64,000 nucleotides of DNA from NCBI GenBank assembly GCA_965153285.1, contig OZ229119.1, one strand, 5' to 3'. Under the pieces are notes generated by a model. The model made no database searches. It was given only the letters and a program-made list of their open reading frames with translations, and had not been told where the DNA came from. Positions 35,898 to 49,749 of this stretch are shown one piece after another. The translations under genes were made by a program, and so were the position numbers. Each line of letters starts with the position of its first letter. Within the stretch, counting starts at the first letter, position 1. The DNA is from Podarcis tiliguerta (taxonomy: Eukaryota).

Positions 35898-38029
35898 TAT
35901 TGGCGCCTTACTGAACACAGCTTCCGCCTAAATCAGAGCTCCTGATTTAAGGTACACTTAAGCTGTTATTTCCACCTTCTGCTCATTGGCACTGTATTCC
36001 TGAAGAGGGGCAGATACTGCCTTCAACATGTTCAGTTCTCACACACCGGCTTTCACAGGGTTTCCCTATTACGCAGCCTCTCATTTTGCCAGGTGCAAAT
36101 ACTATAATGTTTATTCTTAGGCTGGTCCACACCCATTGTCTTCCAAGACACTTGTACTAAACTTAGAAGCGACATGAATAGAGTGCACTCTGAAGTAGTG
36201 CTACCTCTTGCTCAATCTTAACACAATGCTCTTCACATACAATTGCAATAAATGTTCACATAAAAAATGTGTCATAATATGTGACAGAAAAATGTAAATA
36301 TTACTGGGGTGGGAACATTTTAAAATATTAGGCATCCTGCTTCATTGCCCCCAGCTCATCCTAAATCTGCCTCTGGAGTCTGACTGTTGAAACTTGTGCT
36401 TCGCACATCTGAGTGATCTTTCATGTTCTTCAGTAAGTCCTAGCCTTACAACATTTTTCTTCTCTTGTGTCTTCTCATATCACTGGCAAAGCTTCCTGGG
36501 TGAGGTAGGGCTGGCTAATCTTCACTGTCACTGTCCATGGATGGAGCAAAAGATGCAATTTCAAAAGCACAATATTTACTCCAAAATCAGTAACACAGAG
36601 GAGACTTGCTCACAATACTCTTTCTGATCAAAGAAAGCTTTTTCTGACCAAAGAGATGTGGTGAAAGGGTTGTGGAGAAAGGCTAAGTTCCTTGTTATGT
36701 CTTATACAATGAAAGACGAAAAAGGACATGATAAAAGTTTTCCCTAATCATAAAAAAAATCGCAAAATCATTTATTCTCTTTAATCACATGGCTAGCACA
36801 AGAAGAAAGAAATATAGAGGACAACGGTGCAATGGAAAGAGAACAAAAAAGGAAACAAAACCAATTTAATTAAATGCTTTCTACCTGCATTATGAGTTGG
36901 GCACTCTCATAAACAATCCCAGTACTTAATGGGGGTCCCCATCAATGCTTAAAGTAGTAATATTTCAAATTTATGTTTGAGATTCTTGGTGAATTTGAGC
37001 TTATATAATTCAATAGAGCATGTAATATAAAAATAGGTACCTTTTTCTACCTTATCAGATTTCCTCTGGTAAGCTACCCAAATACTTGGGTAGTGAGGAC
37101 ATGATGGGCCAGACTGTAATGTTTCTTTTTAATTCTGTGCCTTATGCACACATACAAATGATTTTAAAGAAACACGCCTGGGATGTTTGAAGTTATGGTG
37201 ATAGGTTGGGGCCTGGCAGTGGGTAGGGTGAGGAGAGGCAATGCAGGGCACACTGCCTACTATAGAACAGAGCCCAAGAGTCAGTCAAAAGAATCCTATC
37301 AGATCTGTTGAAATGGCTATATACTACTTTATGCTGTTTCTTATTTAGCCTCAGTTTGCCTCCCTCCCAGCAAAGTTCTTTTTTAAAGAATGCAATCAAA
37401 TAAGAGTCACTGCAATATTTATTTCCTTTCTGAATGCAGCTGAGTATTACCTTATGCCAGATATATTTAGGTCAATTGAAAAATCAAAACAATGAACAGA
37501 CGCATCCTGCAGACTAATTTATGTGATTCTCTTGCATGTCTTCCCAGTAGGAGAGAATAAAAATACATCACATATACAAAATTCTCTTTCTCTCTGCAGA
37601 TCAATGTCCTCATCTGTACTGATCACTGTGGCTCAGCAAGACTTATCCAGACATTTTAAAAATTGCATTTGGGAACACAGCTTTTTGGGACTAGCAGATG
37701 TGTTCCACTCAATTCTTCATTTTCTAGTTCCTAAGTGGAAATGGTAACTATAAAAAACTAATGAGATAAGTTCTTAAGGTTCAGACACTGAACCTGGTGA
37801 TCTCACTCTCTTTGAAATGCCATTTTTAATGCTACAGTTTTGCTTCTTCCCTGGAAATAATTATATCCTTTTGTTCCCATAAACAAGAGAAGAAGGTAGC
37901 AAATTCAGATACACATTTCCTCTCATCTACCAGGAAGCCTTAAATACAAATCTGGCAAACCCTGTGGTCTGGTGGTGTGGTTTCTTAATTGTAGATCAGT
38001 AGTCTAGAACAATATTCTCATCCACAATT

Positions 38030-40436
38030 TTATTTTATTGAGGATGAAAAAGTTTACCTAATTCGGCAGTGTCCACCAAGGTTTAGTACCCATCTGGCCA
38101 TTTTTTATAGAAGTACCATCTCCCTGACCAGAAAACCTATTGATCCTGGAACAGGCTTAAAGAGTTTGCACCTGGTGTTGAGCCAGAGACACAGATTGGG
38201 CATATCAACCCCATTGCTGCCCAGTGCCCTTCCTGACCAAGTTGGCCAAGATGGTATCTGGCATGGTATTGGAACACCACAGGATGATAATTTTAGGTGA
38301 CCCCAGAATCCATATGGATGCTGCTGTTGGGTTGATTTGGGACTTCATGCCCCCATGAAAACTGGGGTTTTCTCAAAGGGTCATTGGTCCAACAAATCAA
38401 GCAGGGTATACCCTTGATGCAGTCTTCTTCAAGTGATTTGAGGGATGAAGCAATGAACTCCCTTGCCACAGCCACACCATTATCTGGTGACCTTTGGATA
38501 GGTGGTGACAATTTCCCTCCCACTCCTGAAGGCCTTTGGGTGGTGTTTGGATAGCCTGCCCCCAGAGACTGATAGGACATGACACATTCCTGAATGCTCT
38601 AGGGTTCTTTTCAGAGGGGAAAGGTGATGATTTTGTCTAAGCTCTAGTCTCACGATGGAATGGTGAGATGAGATGGATGGTCGACACTTGAGCACTGTCT
38701 CCAGTAGCTCCTTGATACTCTGGGCAGCTGCAGGATATGAAGCAAGCCAGATGAATGACTAGAGTGCAACTGACGCAAGTGAAGTCAATCGAGAGGAGGT
38801 CAGTGCACATAATGTGGCAGTGCAAGTAGTGAAGAAGGCTCATTTCACAGTCTCTTGTATCCTCCAGCAGGCAGAGCTCTTTTGGGTGGCTCAGAGGTTG
38901 CTGAGAGCTGATGGGACTGGGTCTGGCTTTAGTCACCCTGGTGGGTGACCTTGGCTGAGAGTGAAGCAAGGGTTGCACATTACCAAGGTCCACCCCTGTT
39001 GGGAGAGTGTTTCTAATGTCCCAGGCAATTACACTACAGGGTGCCGCAACGCATTATCTTGTTCCCTATGCCATTTAACATCTACATGAAGCAATTGGCA
39101 GCAGTCATTAGGAACTTTGGGGCAAGGTGCCACCAGTATGTTGATCACACTTTGTTCTATGTCACTGATATCTAGAACAGCAGAAGCTGTGCACGCCTTG
39201 GACTGGTGCCTGGGTGCAATGGTGGGCTGAATAAGGGAAAATAAACTGAACTTGAATCCTGGTAAGATGGGGGTCGCTGTGAGAGAGTAGGTCCTGTGTC
39301 TGACAAATTGGCCGGTTGCCTGCTTTGGATGGGGTTGTACTCTTACCTTTGGTCCCTTACCTTTCCCGCCCTGATCTGACCACAGTGATCCATGCGACGG
39401 GCACCTCCAGGCTTGACTACTGTAACTCGCTCTACGCGGGGCTGGCCTTGAAGTTGTCCCAGAAACTCCAGTGGGTACAGAATGCCGCAGTGAGGCTCCT
39501 TATGGGGTCCTCGCCGCAGGACCACATTCACCCAGTGCTTTTCCAGCTGCACTGGCTCCTGGTCAGGTTTAAGGTGCTGGTTTTGACCTTAAAAGCCCTT
39601 TGCGGCCTAGGACCCTCATACCTATGGGACCGCCTCTCCTGGTATGCCCTGCGGAGGACCTTAAGGTCCATAAATAGCAACACTCTAGAGGTCCTGGGCC
39701 CTAAGGAAGTTAGATTTGCCTCAGCCAGGGCCAGCGCCTTTTCAATACTGGCTCCGGTCTTGTGGAACCTCTGTCTCAAGAGAACAGAGTTGTTGGCTTG
39801 GAATCAGCCTGATCCTCTCCCCCTCTTTCCTTTTCCTTCTGTGATGGAACCCCTATTTGGCGACTTCCCTGGCTTTTTTCTGGCCCACGTAGGACCAGTC
39901 TGGATATTGGCCTTGGTGAAGATTTGATTTTTCTTCCCCCAAACAGTTTTGATCTGGGCTTCCACTGAAATGAGGCTGCATTTTAAGTTGTATTTTAATC
40001 CTGTTTTTAAGTTGTATTTTAATCAATTGTTTTTATACCTGATGTTAGCCGCCCTGAGCCCAGTCTTGGCCAGGAAGGGTGGGGTATAAATAAAATTTAT
40101 TATTATTATTATTATTATTATTACTACTACTACTCCCTTTGAAGGATCCGATTCACAGTCTGGGTGTGCTTCTGGAGGCAGCTTTGTTACTGCAGCCTCA
40201 GCATCGGTGGCCAGGAGTACCTTTTATCAGCTTCAGCTGGTTTGACAGCTATGGCTGTTCCTGAATAGTTTAGCTTGACAATGCTACTGTAGTTGGTAAC
40301 TTCAAAACTGAATTACTGCAACACACTCCATGTGGGGCTCCCCGTGAATTTGAGCCTGAAGCTACAGTTAGCACACTTGCTGAACAGAATGACAACCTGA
40401 CACTCCTGTTCAGAACTCTGCACTGCCTGCCAATTG
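38030..40436 (+). mobile_element. Old, internally deleted L2-clade LINE ORF2 (endonuclease plus RT), interrupted by a younger L2
   Basis: Degenerate endonuclease motifs IILGDPRIH (~38290) and GPTNQAGYTLDAVF (~38385). RT motifs FNIYMKQL and HQYVDHT (~39075-39150). LDGVVL|...LKDPIHSLGVLL is split across the insertion. Confidence 0.75.
39343..40130 (+). mobile_element. Younger 5'-truncated L2 LINE nested in the older L2
   Basis: ORF SRLDYCNSLYAGL...KLQWVQNAAVRLL...LHWL..RFKVLVL..KAL.GLGPSYL is the L2 RT C-terminus. It ends in AATAAA plus a (TTA)n/(CTA)n tail and is flanked by tactc/tactc. Confidence 0.85.
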
Positions 40437-41097
40437 TATCCATGCATCTATGATCTTAGGACTGGACTACTGCAATGCACTCTTTGTGGGACTGCCTTTG
40501 GGCCTGATCTTGAAGCTTAAACTAGTGCAGAATACAATGGTTAGGCTGCTGATATGGGCAGACAGCCAACAGCATGTGACACCTCTGCTAAAATATCTGC
40601 ACTTGCTGCCCATATGCTACTGGTCCAGGTTCAAAGTTCTTGTGATAATATACAAAGCCCAGGACAACTTGAGCCCAGGATATCCTAACGGCTGCCTGTG
40701 GCATTACATCCAAGCTCAGTCACCAAGGCCACCTGGGGAATAGATGTTAGTTGCCTTCTGTGTTTCAGAAGGCTGACTAGAAGCTTCATCCAAAAGTTGG
40801 GCATTTAGAGTTGCTGGTCCCATGCTATGGGAATACTCTTCCAGCAGAAATTTAGCAGCCATCATTGCGGCCAACCTTCAGACATATCTTGAAGATATTT
40901 TTATGTTGAAAGGCTTATTCAGTTGCTTAAACTTTTAAAAAGTGAGCCAGCCATTCTTATTATCATTTTGCATTGTTTGTATGGTGCTTTATGCCTTATG
41001 TACTTTAAATTTTGTTGCATAATACCCTGATACTTTATTTGAGAGGCGATCTATAAATATTCCAACAAGCAAGCAAGCAAACAAACAAATAATAAAC
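40437..41097 (+). mobile_element. Third L2 3' fragment
   Basis: LDYCNALFVGLPL...KLKLVQN..VRLL...HVTPLLKYLHLLP...RFKVLVIIYKA; tail (AAGC)n(AAAC)n. Confidence 0.85.
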
Positions 41098-42639
41098 TTG
41101 CAGTAGCTCATATTGGCAAAGCCTCACTCCAGCATTCTCTGTCTAATAGGCAATCCAGCACCAGTTATGTCTTTCAGATTTGCAAAAGTCAAAGAAAATA
41201 CTACATATTAGTACAGCAAATCAGTACAAATCCTGTATTAAGCCTAGTACAGCAACTATGCTGGCACATCTCTACTTTTTAAACACTTTACTCCAATATT
41301 TTTAATGTGGATCTTGTAATCATATTACAAAATCTAGAAATGAATGTTATAAGATTAATTTGACAAGGTTGCCTCAGCCTTCTTTTATTACTCCTTTATT
41401 ACTCTACATGGTGGTGGGCAGAAAAGAGGGTTTATCACATAATGCTTTCCTCTTGAGTAAGTGGGAGTAGAGATTACTGTCTTCACACTAGCTTGTTGTC
41501 AGCAAGTATAGCTTGCCATAATTAATTGCTACATGAAGTAATTTATTCCTTTTCTGAGCTAAATGGGTACCTTGAAGTCAAAATGCCTCTTGCAGTAGCT
41601 CCTGGGGATGTATGATGGTGTGATGCACAATCCACCAGGAACGTGAAAAAAACAAAACTAGTGTATTGGTCCACAAGGGGAGGGAACCTCCAAAATCCAC
41701 AGTTGGGCAAAACCTTTATTTGGACTAACCAGAATGTCACAGAAGCTTCCAGAATGCTTTGTCAGGCAGGATGCTACACAAAGCAGGGGTGACAGGGAGG
41801 AATAATCACGATAATCATAATAATAGTTAAAAATTAGGCCAATGTTGTTGCCTATCCTGACCCTCACTGCTGAATTTCTGTTTCTACCAAATTCTTTAAT
41901 GCACAGATCTGATTGATGCATAGGCAAGGCACAGCTTGTGAATTACATAGTTAAGTGTGAGCTGAAACATTGACCCAACAAGCTACACACACTCTGTCTC
42001 TTCCTATTCTACAGTGGAGTGGGCACAAGCCTTAGCATGGCAAACAACAGGTGTCTGTGCTCTGGGCAAGCAAACAGGCACTTCTGTGAGTGGGCTGAAC
42101 CTGTGAGCTTTGTTTGTGCCAGTGCTGGCATCTCCATGTCCTTGGAGCTGGCTCAATATCCTACTTTCAGATGGCTACTCCTAGCTTTGATTCTGATGCT
42201 GGTGATCCCAACATTGGGAAGCAGTGATGTCACAGCACTGCGGCCCTTGGAGCTGAAGACTTTCACAACCACCTTCCCCTGGGCTCAAGGAACAATGTGC
42301 CTCTCATACTAACTTGTAGTTCAACAGCACAAGGAGCAGGTCATGGCCATGGAATGTGGGATAAGCTGCCCCTTTAAGGCAGTTCTCCAAAAGAGGTCAG
42401 AGGTAGACTGGTAGTCTTCATTTCTGAACCTCTCAGAAAAAAAAAAGTTAATTAGGAGCTCTCCTTGGTCCTGTAACCAACCAGCTTTCCATGCTGCTTC
42501 CTCCATGGGGCCAGTAGTGAACAGGAAGGGACAATGTCCATTTTTTCTCTTGAAAAAGTATAACAGTATTAATTAGTATTAATTAGTGGTAGAGATATTA
42601 CTGCTGCTTCACTACTGTGAAGTATTTAATTAAACTATC

Positions 42640-42830
42640 CTGTCTGAACTGCACTGGCTACCAATTAGTTTCTGGTCCCAATTTAAAGTGCTGGTTTTGA
42701 CTTATAAAGTCTTATATGGCTCAGGACCCAAATACTTCAATGCCTCTCCTCTTATGAACTGACCTGGACCCTGCAACCCTCTTCTGAGGTCCTTCCTCAG
42801 GTTCCTCTTCACACGGGAAGTCAAAAGAGT
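42640..42830 (+). mobile_element. L2 3' ORF2 fragment
   Basis: Translates to LHWLPISFWSQFKVLVLTYKVLYGSGPKY. Confidence 0.75.
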
Positions 42831-45800
42831 GGCCAAAATCTCCCTGAAGGTGTTGAGACGTCATTCCCGGAGGCTGGAAGCTGCCCATGATTGAACATGC
42901 AAGCCTGGTAGACCTTTATCTTGTTCTGTGTTGCACATTGCCTGGATACCTATGTTAAAGGCAGTACTTAAGTTTTTCTAAGGGATAAATAAACCAGATT
43001 GTAACATCCTATGGTGTACATTTAAATTAGTTGCCTGTATTGCCTTGCCAAGTGATGATGAGAACTTCTGATCAGATGCAGAACTGTGGTGTGATTTTCT
43101 TATTGCTTGGCAGGAGGTCTTAATACAGTTTTTTTTTTTTTTTTTGAAGTTGTGATTCATGCCATTGGCTGACAGTGGTGGTAAAACTTACAACATGATG
43201 TTACTGCATTACATAGGGATGGCTTCCAAATGTTACAGCAGAGAGAGGAAGAACTCACCACAGGGATGCTGTTTTCACCACCCTTTGCTTAGTGTACATA
43301 CCATTTAGCTCAGTTTCCAGACTCAACAGACCCTCACCAGTAATCCTGTTCCAGACATAGGGAGCAGCATGACAGAAAGTACAGGGGCAGGAATGGGACA
43401 AATGGAAGGCCTAACCTGTGCAAGAAAGGGGGGACTGAGATTGAAGAGCATGAGGAGAGGCAGAGAGATGGAGTTTTAAATAAAGGCCTTGCTGGTAAAT
43501 GTTGGAATGAAAACTAATGCATCCACTGGGTTGTGTGTGTTTTTTTTAAATGAAAGCAAACCTCTCTGATACTGTCTGTTTGATGAGATCTCAACAGTTC
43601 TCTTCACAATAAACTGCTTCTCTTTTTGATAGTCTACGTCTGAGGAGATGAACTTTTCCCCCCACAAGCAACAAAGAGCTATAATTATGTCATTGATTAA
43701 AACTCCTTCAGAAGAAAATACATAAACTATACGAGATAAGAAGATACAAAATATACCGAAGCTACACTTGTAAAAGAATAATAGATTCATTGCTAACTGG
43801 AAGAATAAAATAGATCACTTGGATGCCTCTAAGTGCAATCCTATACATCAGGGTGGTCCAACACATGGCCTGTGACCCAGCCCTGCTAGTGTCCTTCAGC
43901 CCTGCTAGTGCCCTTCAGCGGCTCTGCTCTTCCACCCTTTCCCATAAGAGCTTCTCCTCCCGCTGGTTGGTTGCTTGGCCCCTCTTCCCTCAACAACAAA
44001 AGAGCGCTGGGTGGTGAGTGGCTGCCTGCCAGGGATTGCAGGAGTTTGGGCTGACGGGGCCACACGTGTGGGGAAGACGGTGGTGGCTGTGGCAACTGGC
44101 AGGCAAGTGAGGTGGATGAGGCGGCTGTTGTCCGTCTCCTCCCCCAAACCCATGCACACTTCTTCAAGGGGCTCAAATGATTTGGACTAGAAGGCTTCTA
44201 AAATAATGTCATTATTATTGTTGTTGCTATTATATTTATTTATACCCCGCTTTTTTATCTTGGCAGGGACTCAATGTCCCTGACAGGGAGTTGACCTATT
44301 AGTTGTGTATTTAATCATATATGTTCAATTTAATATATTAAATGTGTATATTAAATAATATTAACTATAATGAAAACACTTTAATTCATGATATGTAAAT
44401 TTAATTCCGTGTGTGACCCACAGGTTCTGTGGTGAAGTACTCTTGTGGCACACTTGGTCTGAGAGGTTGAACCACCCTGCTATATATCGCTACTCAAAAA
44501 TAAGTCACATTGAATTCAGGAAGGCTTATGCTCAGGTAAATGAATTGCAGCCAGATTTTCAGTTCCAGTGTGGTGGAACTCCCATGATTTTTGGAGGATG
44601 TTTGCCCAAATTTGCAGTAAATTTCATCTGATAGAAATTTAGCAGCAGCTGCCTTTCCTAGCACTTCACCTCTATAAACTTCATTAATGAACTCCTGAAT
44701 ATCAGGATAGATAGAAAGAAAGATGGCAGTCTTACTGTTGGATTTTTGTAGACTTGATTCTCAGTGCTTAGAAACCGCAAAAGCTAGCACTCCTTACCAA
44801 AAAGATATGGTTTGGTTTTTTCCTGAATCCACCAGTTAGACAGAAGAGCTTCTCCTGAAATAAGATGGCAATTGTCATATATATTTTTCTCTTTTTCCTT
44901 GGTCCCCAGCATTTTCATATGGATAATACATGAAAGCTGTTAAGCTAAATGGTCTGTATGAGTAAGGCTGAAACTTTTATTTGTTAATTTTATAGAGCTG
45001 TTAGTTAGAGATAAACACTTTGACTCCTACACTCATCCTAATCTCCATATGTTCAGTTATCATAGTCACATAAGCACACAAGAGAATAAAATTTCAGGAA
45101 ACAGTTATCTGCATGTCACAATAATGTTTCCTTGGAGGTACTAATTTCTATCAATATATTTGACTTTCATAGCCTTACTAATAATTACTCACAAAATCTA
45201 TATACTTAGTACCATGTTCATAAACAATAGAATCTCTGCTTCTCAGTAAAGGTTTAACAGACAAAATAAATTGAGCTTTCAGCAATGGGACTTTATTACT
45301 TTTTCAGTGTGCAGCATAATATTTTCACCATGATGGTATGAAATATGTCAAATAAACTGCTCTAAAATATTTTAACTACATTCCTAAGATTTCTTTTTGC
45401 CTGGTGCCCCAACTAAGCCAATGAGCCCTACCCACTACTAATACTTTGAGAAAAAGTCTCTCTGTGATTTATCAGCCTTAGTTCTTTTTTATTAAATGTT
45501 TTATTTACCGGAGAATTGGAGAAGGGGTGGTCGTCCAGCAATTTTTCCTTCCACCAAACCACCAAATATCTCATTGCATCTTTCATTTATCTCTTTTAAA
45601 ATTAATTGTGTCATATGTTTGAAAAAAGCATTTAGGGATGGGGAGGGTAATATGTAGAGTTAGTTAAAGGAACTGTTTGATGGTATGCATGTTTATTCTG
45701 AAGGATTGAGTTTAATGCAGTCTACTTCCAAATAAGTGTGCCTAGGATTGCAGCCTTAGGGAATGTTGATGTGGATTCACAATGGGTCATTAACATTACC

Positions 45801-45947
45801 ATTTTCTCCTGCTACAAAGAATCAGATCTTTGCATACCTAGTCTTGAAGATTTTCTAATGTTTAGGCCCGACAAAGAATGAGACGGACTCCCATTTCTCC
45901 TGGTCAAGAGAGCCATGATACAGTTTGCAGGAAAGTGAACATAAGTA

Positions 45948-46189
45948 CAGTGGTACCTCTGGTTAAAAATTTAATTCGTTCTGGAGGTCCGTTCTTAACC
46001 TGAAACTGTTCTTAACCTGAGGTACCACTTTAGCTAATGGGGCCTCCCACTGCTGCTGTGCTGCTGCCGCCCAATTTCTGTTCTCATCCTGAAGCAAAGT
46101 TCTTAACCCAAGGTACTATTTCTGGGTTAGTGGAGTCTGTAACCTGAAGCATCTGTACCCTGAAGCGTCTGTAACCTGAGGTACTACTG
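45948..46189. mobile_element. Tc1/mariner MITE (GGTTAAGAAC family, inverted)
   Basis: Reverse complement of the 18368 and 35663 copies; CAGTGGTACC TIR. Confidence 0.9.
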
Positions 46190-47354
46190 TGCTGATTCTA
46201 TAAAAATAATTAATGAAATGCTTGTGTAGCATAGAATTAATTTTATGTTTGAAGTGAGTCAAACATAATATATTCCCCCTTCCTCCACTTTCCCTCAGTG
46301 ATGTAGATTGCATTTGATTTTTGAAGGCTCCATTTTCTGGTGACAATGCACGCTAAAAAAATTGTTCTAATGACTCAATCATCCTACACATTGAATTTAA
46401 AACAAGGAGGATGCCTCATACCTTCAAGAATCTTTGCAAATGGCCTGACACAAACCTCCATCCTTATACAATTATCCATATATTTGGCAAATCTTTCCTG
46501 CATATGATCCCAACGTATTAGGGACTCTGGCCACAGACAAGGGTCCTTTCATATGTTAGCATGTGCTAATATGTGAAAACTCAGCTGAACCACTACAAAT
46601 AAGCCTGCTGCCTCAGCCTCTAAAGTACATTCTCTTAACACGCACCACTCGTGCATAACCCTTTATGCTCTTTTTCTGATAAATAAAGTGTAATCATTAA
46701 CATTAATCCTCTTTCTTATGAGTAACATCATTTCCTTGACTGATGCTCCCTTAGGCCTCTAGCCAGGTCAGTGTTTTCTCTTGACTTCCTGCCACTTGCT
46801 GTCTTTACTCACCCCCCTCCCCAAGCAAGTAGAGATTGTGATAGGAAGATGCCTCACCACTTATTTGTGTCATCGGCTTAGTTCTCACAACTCGGTAAGC
46901 CAAACATGTGTAATCTCTCTGAGCACCTCCTAGCTGCTTTGCTCCTTCGCTGTCCTTTTTGCTCCTGCACTGTGCTAAGCTAAGGTTTGGGCTCAGAGTA
47001 TCATGCAGTGGTGTAGTGTGGGTTACCAGCACCCGGAGCAAAGCAAGTATTGCGCCCCCTAACCCGTGTACCCTGCTTGGCGCACTCCCAAACAATGTAT
47101 ATAATCAGCGTAAAGAGCACCTAGGTACTGATGGGTGTAGGCCCTGGTTGTCGTTATCAATTATATGTGAGTTGACAGAGCATGCACCAGCCCAAGGCTT
47201 ACTCTATGTGCTTGGAGTGTGAGAACTGCCCAAAGAGACACAGATTAAAACAGAATCCCATCCTGTAAAGTAGAAAGGGCTAGATTAAGGAGCCAGGGAG
47301 TTTATAAGGAGCTGTTGTATGTGGCAGTTCTTCAAGATTTCAGGCAAATATGTT

Positions 47355-47592
47355 TGCTTGCTTGTTTATTATATACCCCACCTTTTATCTAAAAAGTTCA
47401 ATGTGGCTTATGGAGTTCTCCTCTTCTTATTTCATCCTTGCAACAACTTTGCGAGATAGGTTAGGCTGAGAAGCGATGACTGGGACAAGATCACCCAGCA
47501 AGCTTCATGGCTGAGCGAAGATTTGAACCCTGGTCTCACAAGTCCAGTCGAACCACTCTAACCACACAAGTGCACTCTAACCACTGTATCAC
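47355..47592 (-). mobile_element. Degenerate tRNA-derived SINE (MIR/Squam-like)
   Basis: gatttgaaccctggtctc (B box on the minus strand), ctctaaccactgtatcac (A box), and an aggttaggctgag...gatcacccagcaagcttcatggc core. Confidence 0.7.
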
Positions 47593-47670
47593 AATTATTC
47601 TTCATTGTTACTTTAATTAGAAATTTTAAGTAGTTTTCAACTACTTAACTACAATCTTATGAATTGAACC

Positions 47671-47753
47671 TTTGTTGTTGTTGTTTAGTCATTTAGTTGT
47701 GTCCGACTCTTTGTGACCCCATGGACCAGAGCATACCAGGCACTCCTGTCTTC
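47671..47753 (-). mobile_element. BovB (RTE) 3' terminus, extreme 5' truncation
   Basis: (TTG)n tail plus tagtc...gtgtccgactctttgtgaccccatggac; perfect 11-bp TSD tgaattgaacc at 47660-47670 and 47754-47764. Confidence 0.85.
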
Positions 47754-48974
47754 TGAATTGAACCCGAGAGCATATAAATTCAAAGCATGTGCTGGATCAT
47801 TGAGTCATGCGTTCTACCTATGTTGCTCAGCTACTTCTCTACAATGTTATCAAATAAATGTATTTAGCAAAAATCCAGAACCTTTTACTCCTTTATAGGA
47901 TCTGATAGGAAATGAACAATGGTAGTATGGCTGTAGCAGAGAGCTGAGACTTTGCATCTACAAAAGAAATACTGTTCTGCGCAGACCAGAGTCAGTTATC
48001 TGATGCATGTATGACAGGTTGTGCAAAGATGTAGTGATTATTACGGGGACTGAAATCCACACATGACTTCTTAAAACTCAATAAACTTAGAAATAAAAAA
48101 CCCAATCAATTTTATGACCCATCTACAATAATCTATAATAAACCCATGTTAACCACATTCTTTTCTCTCTCTCTCTTTTGGAACACATAAACTATAATTA
48201 CTTATTTCATTGGAGCAGTCTACAGCAGAGTGCCTTCAGGAAATGACTTACATAGAGAAGCTGCATGAGAACAAATCTCCTAATGCTAATTTATCTATCC
48301 TGATCTTTAACACAGATTTAGCACATTCTTTTGCAGACATAAAATAAAAAGTGCCTATTTACCCAATTTCCCTGAGGTCTGAGCTGCTATTAGAACCCAG
48401 TCCGAGTTCATCCCGAAACTTGGATTTTTGGGAAACAAGATGAAAAACATAACAAAATCATTCCTAAAAGCACATCCACTTCTTATATGTGCAGTGGTTT
48501 CCGTCATGCTAATATACGTTCTCTTTCATGTGTTTTCTAAGAGTGTGCATTAGCTCTCTGTGTACCCCGAATAACAAGACAAATCAGGGTGTTCCACATC
48601 ATCTTTCATGCTACCAAGCTGGATCACACCATGGGCAAGATGTGTTGAGGAGGATTAGCAGAGTCCACAACAAACAGGAAGTGTTGCCTCAGTTTGCCCA
48701 TAAGGTTTTCTGAGAAACAAAGCCAAACTGACATGGGGAGCACCCAGAGCTCAAAAGGGGAAGGGCCAGAAAGGAGATGGCTGGGCTGTGGAGACTGGTC
48801 CATTAGGGTATATGTGGCATTGCCCCAATAACCTGTCATTAACCTGGGCAGCCCCTACTTACCTGCTTCCTTACAAGCAATTGGGGGAGGGTCTTCCTGT
48901 CATTGGCTCTGGCTCCACCTACTTTGGGCTCTCTGGCTTCTGCCCTACCAGGCTCAATGGACAATAATCACCAG

Positions 48975-49240
48975 AGGATCCAGGGGGGGCATGGCCCCGG
49001 CTGCACATTTTTGAGGGGGCACAATCAGGCGCCCCCACAATAAGCACAGAGCCCTGGCAGCTGAGGCATGGCAGCAGGTGGGTTGGTCTAGTGGTCAGGT
49101 GGATGGAGGCAGCAGGCGAGGAGCCTGCTGGAGATGGGCTCCGTTCACCCTACATGTGGACTCCACACGCACCCCCCTGGCATGTACCCCTACCCCAGCT
49201 GCCCGGACCACTTGCCCCGTCTGACAGCCACCACTATGGC
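48975..49240. mobile_element. GC-rich degenerate DNA-transposon-like fragment (PIF/Harbinger-like MITE?)
   Basis: ggatccagggggggcatggcccc...gagggggcac...gcgccccc motifs; termini unresolved. Confidence 0.3.
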
Positions 49241-49698
49241 GGTGGGTGGAGGGGTGAGAAATAACTGGTTGTCATAAAGATTGAGGACAGAAGTAGCCAA
49301 TGTCACGCCATTGTTTCCTGCAAGCCTTAAGCCTGCCTAAACAATAGATATCACACTGTGAAGAGCAGGGCATAAATAAGAGAGTTTAGAAAATGGGCTG
49401 CTTTTGAGTGGAAGTAAATTATATGATATGGTCCATAATCCTTTTGCTGCACCCCATATATGTCACATCTGATTGTCAGAGTATGGGTGGCATAAATTAA
49501 TTAATCGTAGATGGTAAGTTTTCACTTGCCAGCATCGCCACCTCTGTATTCTTGTTTTAGTGATAGCAGTATTTGTTTTGAAATGTGTGTGCAGGAGCAC
49601 TCAAAATATGAGTCCAAAACTATTATATGTGCCATCTTTGCTACCCTGAAGTGCTGATTTAGGGGAATTGGTTGAGGGCCCACTCACCCGGCTGCATG

Positions 49699-49749
49699 TT
49701 GTTTAGTCGTTCAGTTGTGTCCGACTCTTCCGACGCCAAGCACTCCTGT
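49699..49749 (-). mobile_element. BovB 3' terminus mini-insertion
   Basis: ttgtttagtcgttcagttgtgtccgactcttc...; perfect 12-bp TSD cccggctgcatg at 49687-49698 and 49750-49761. Confidence 0.8.

Noticed and set aside
39316-39927. 203-aa ORF as a host gene
   Set aside because: It is the L2 reverse-transcriptase C-terminus of a truncated, nested insertion.
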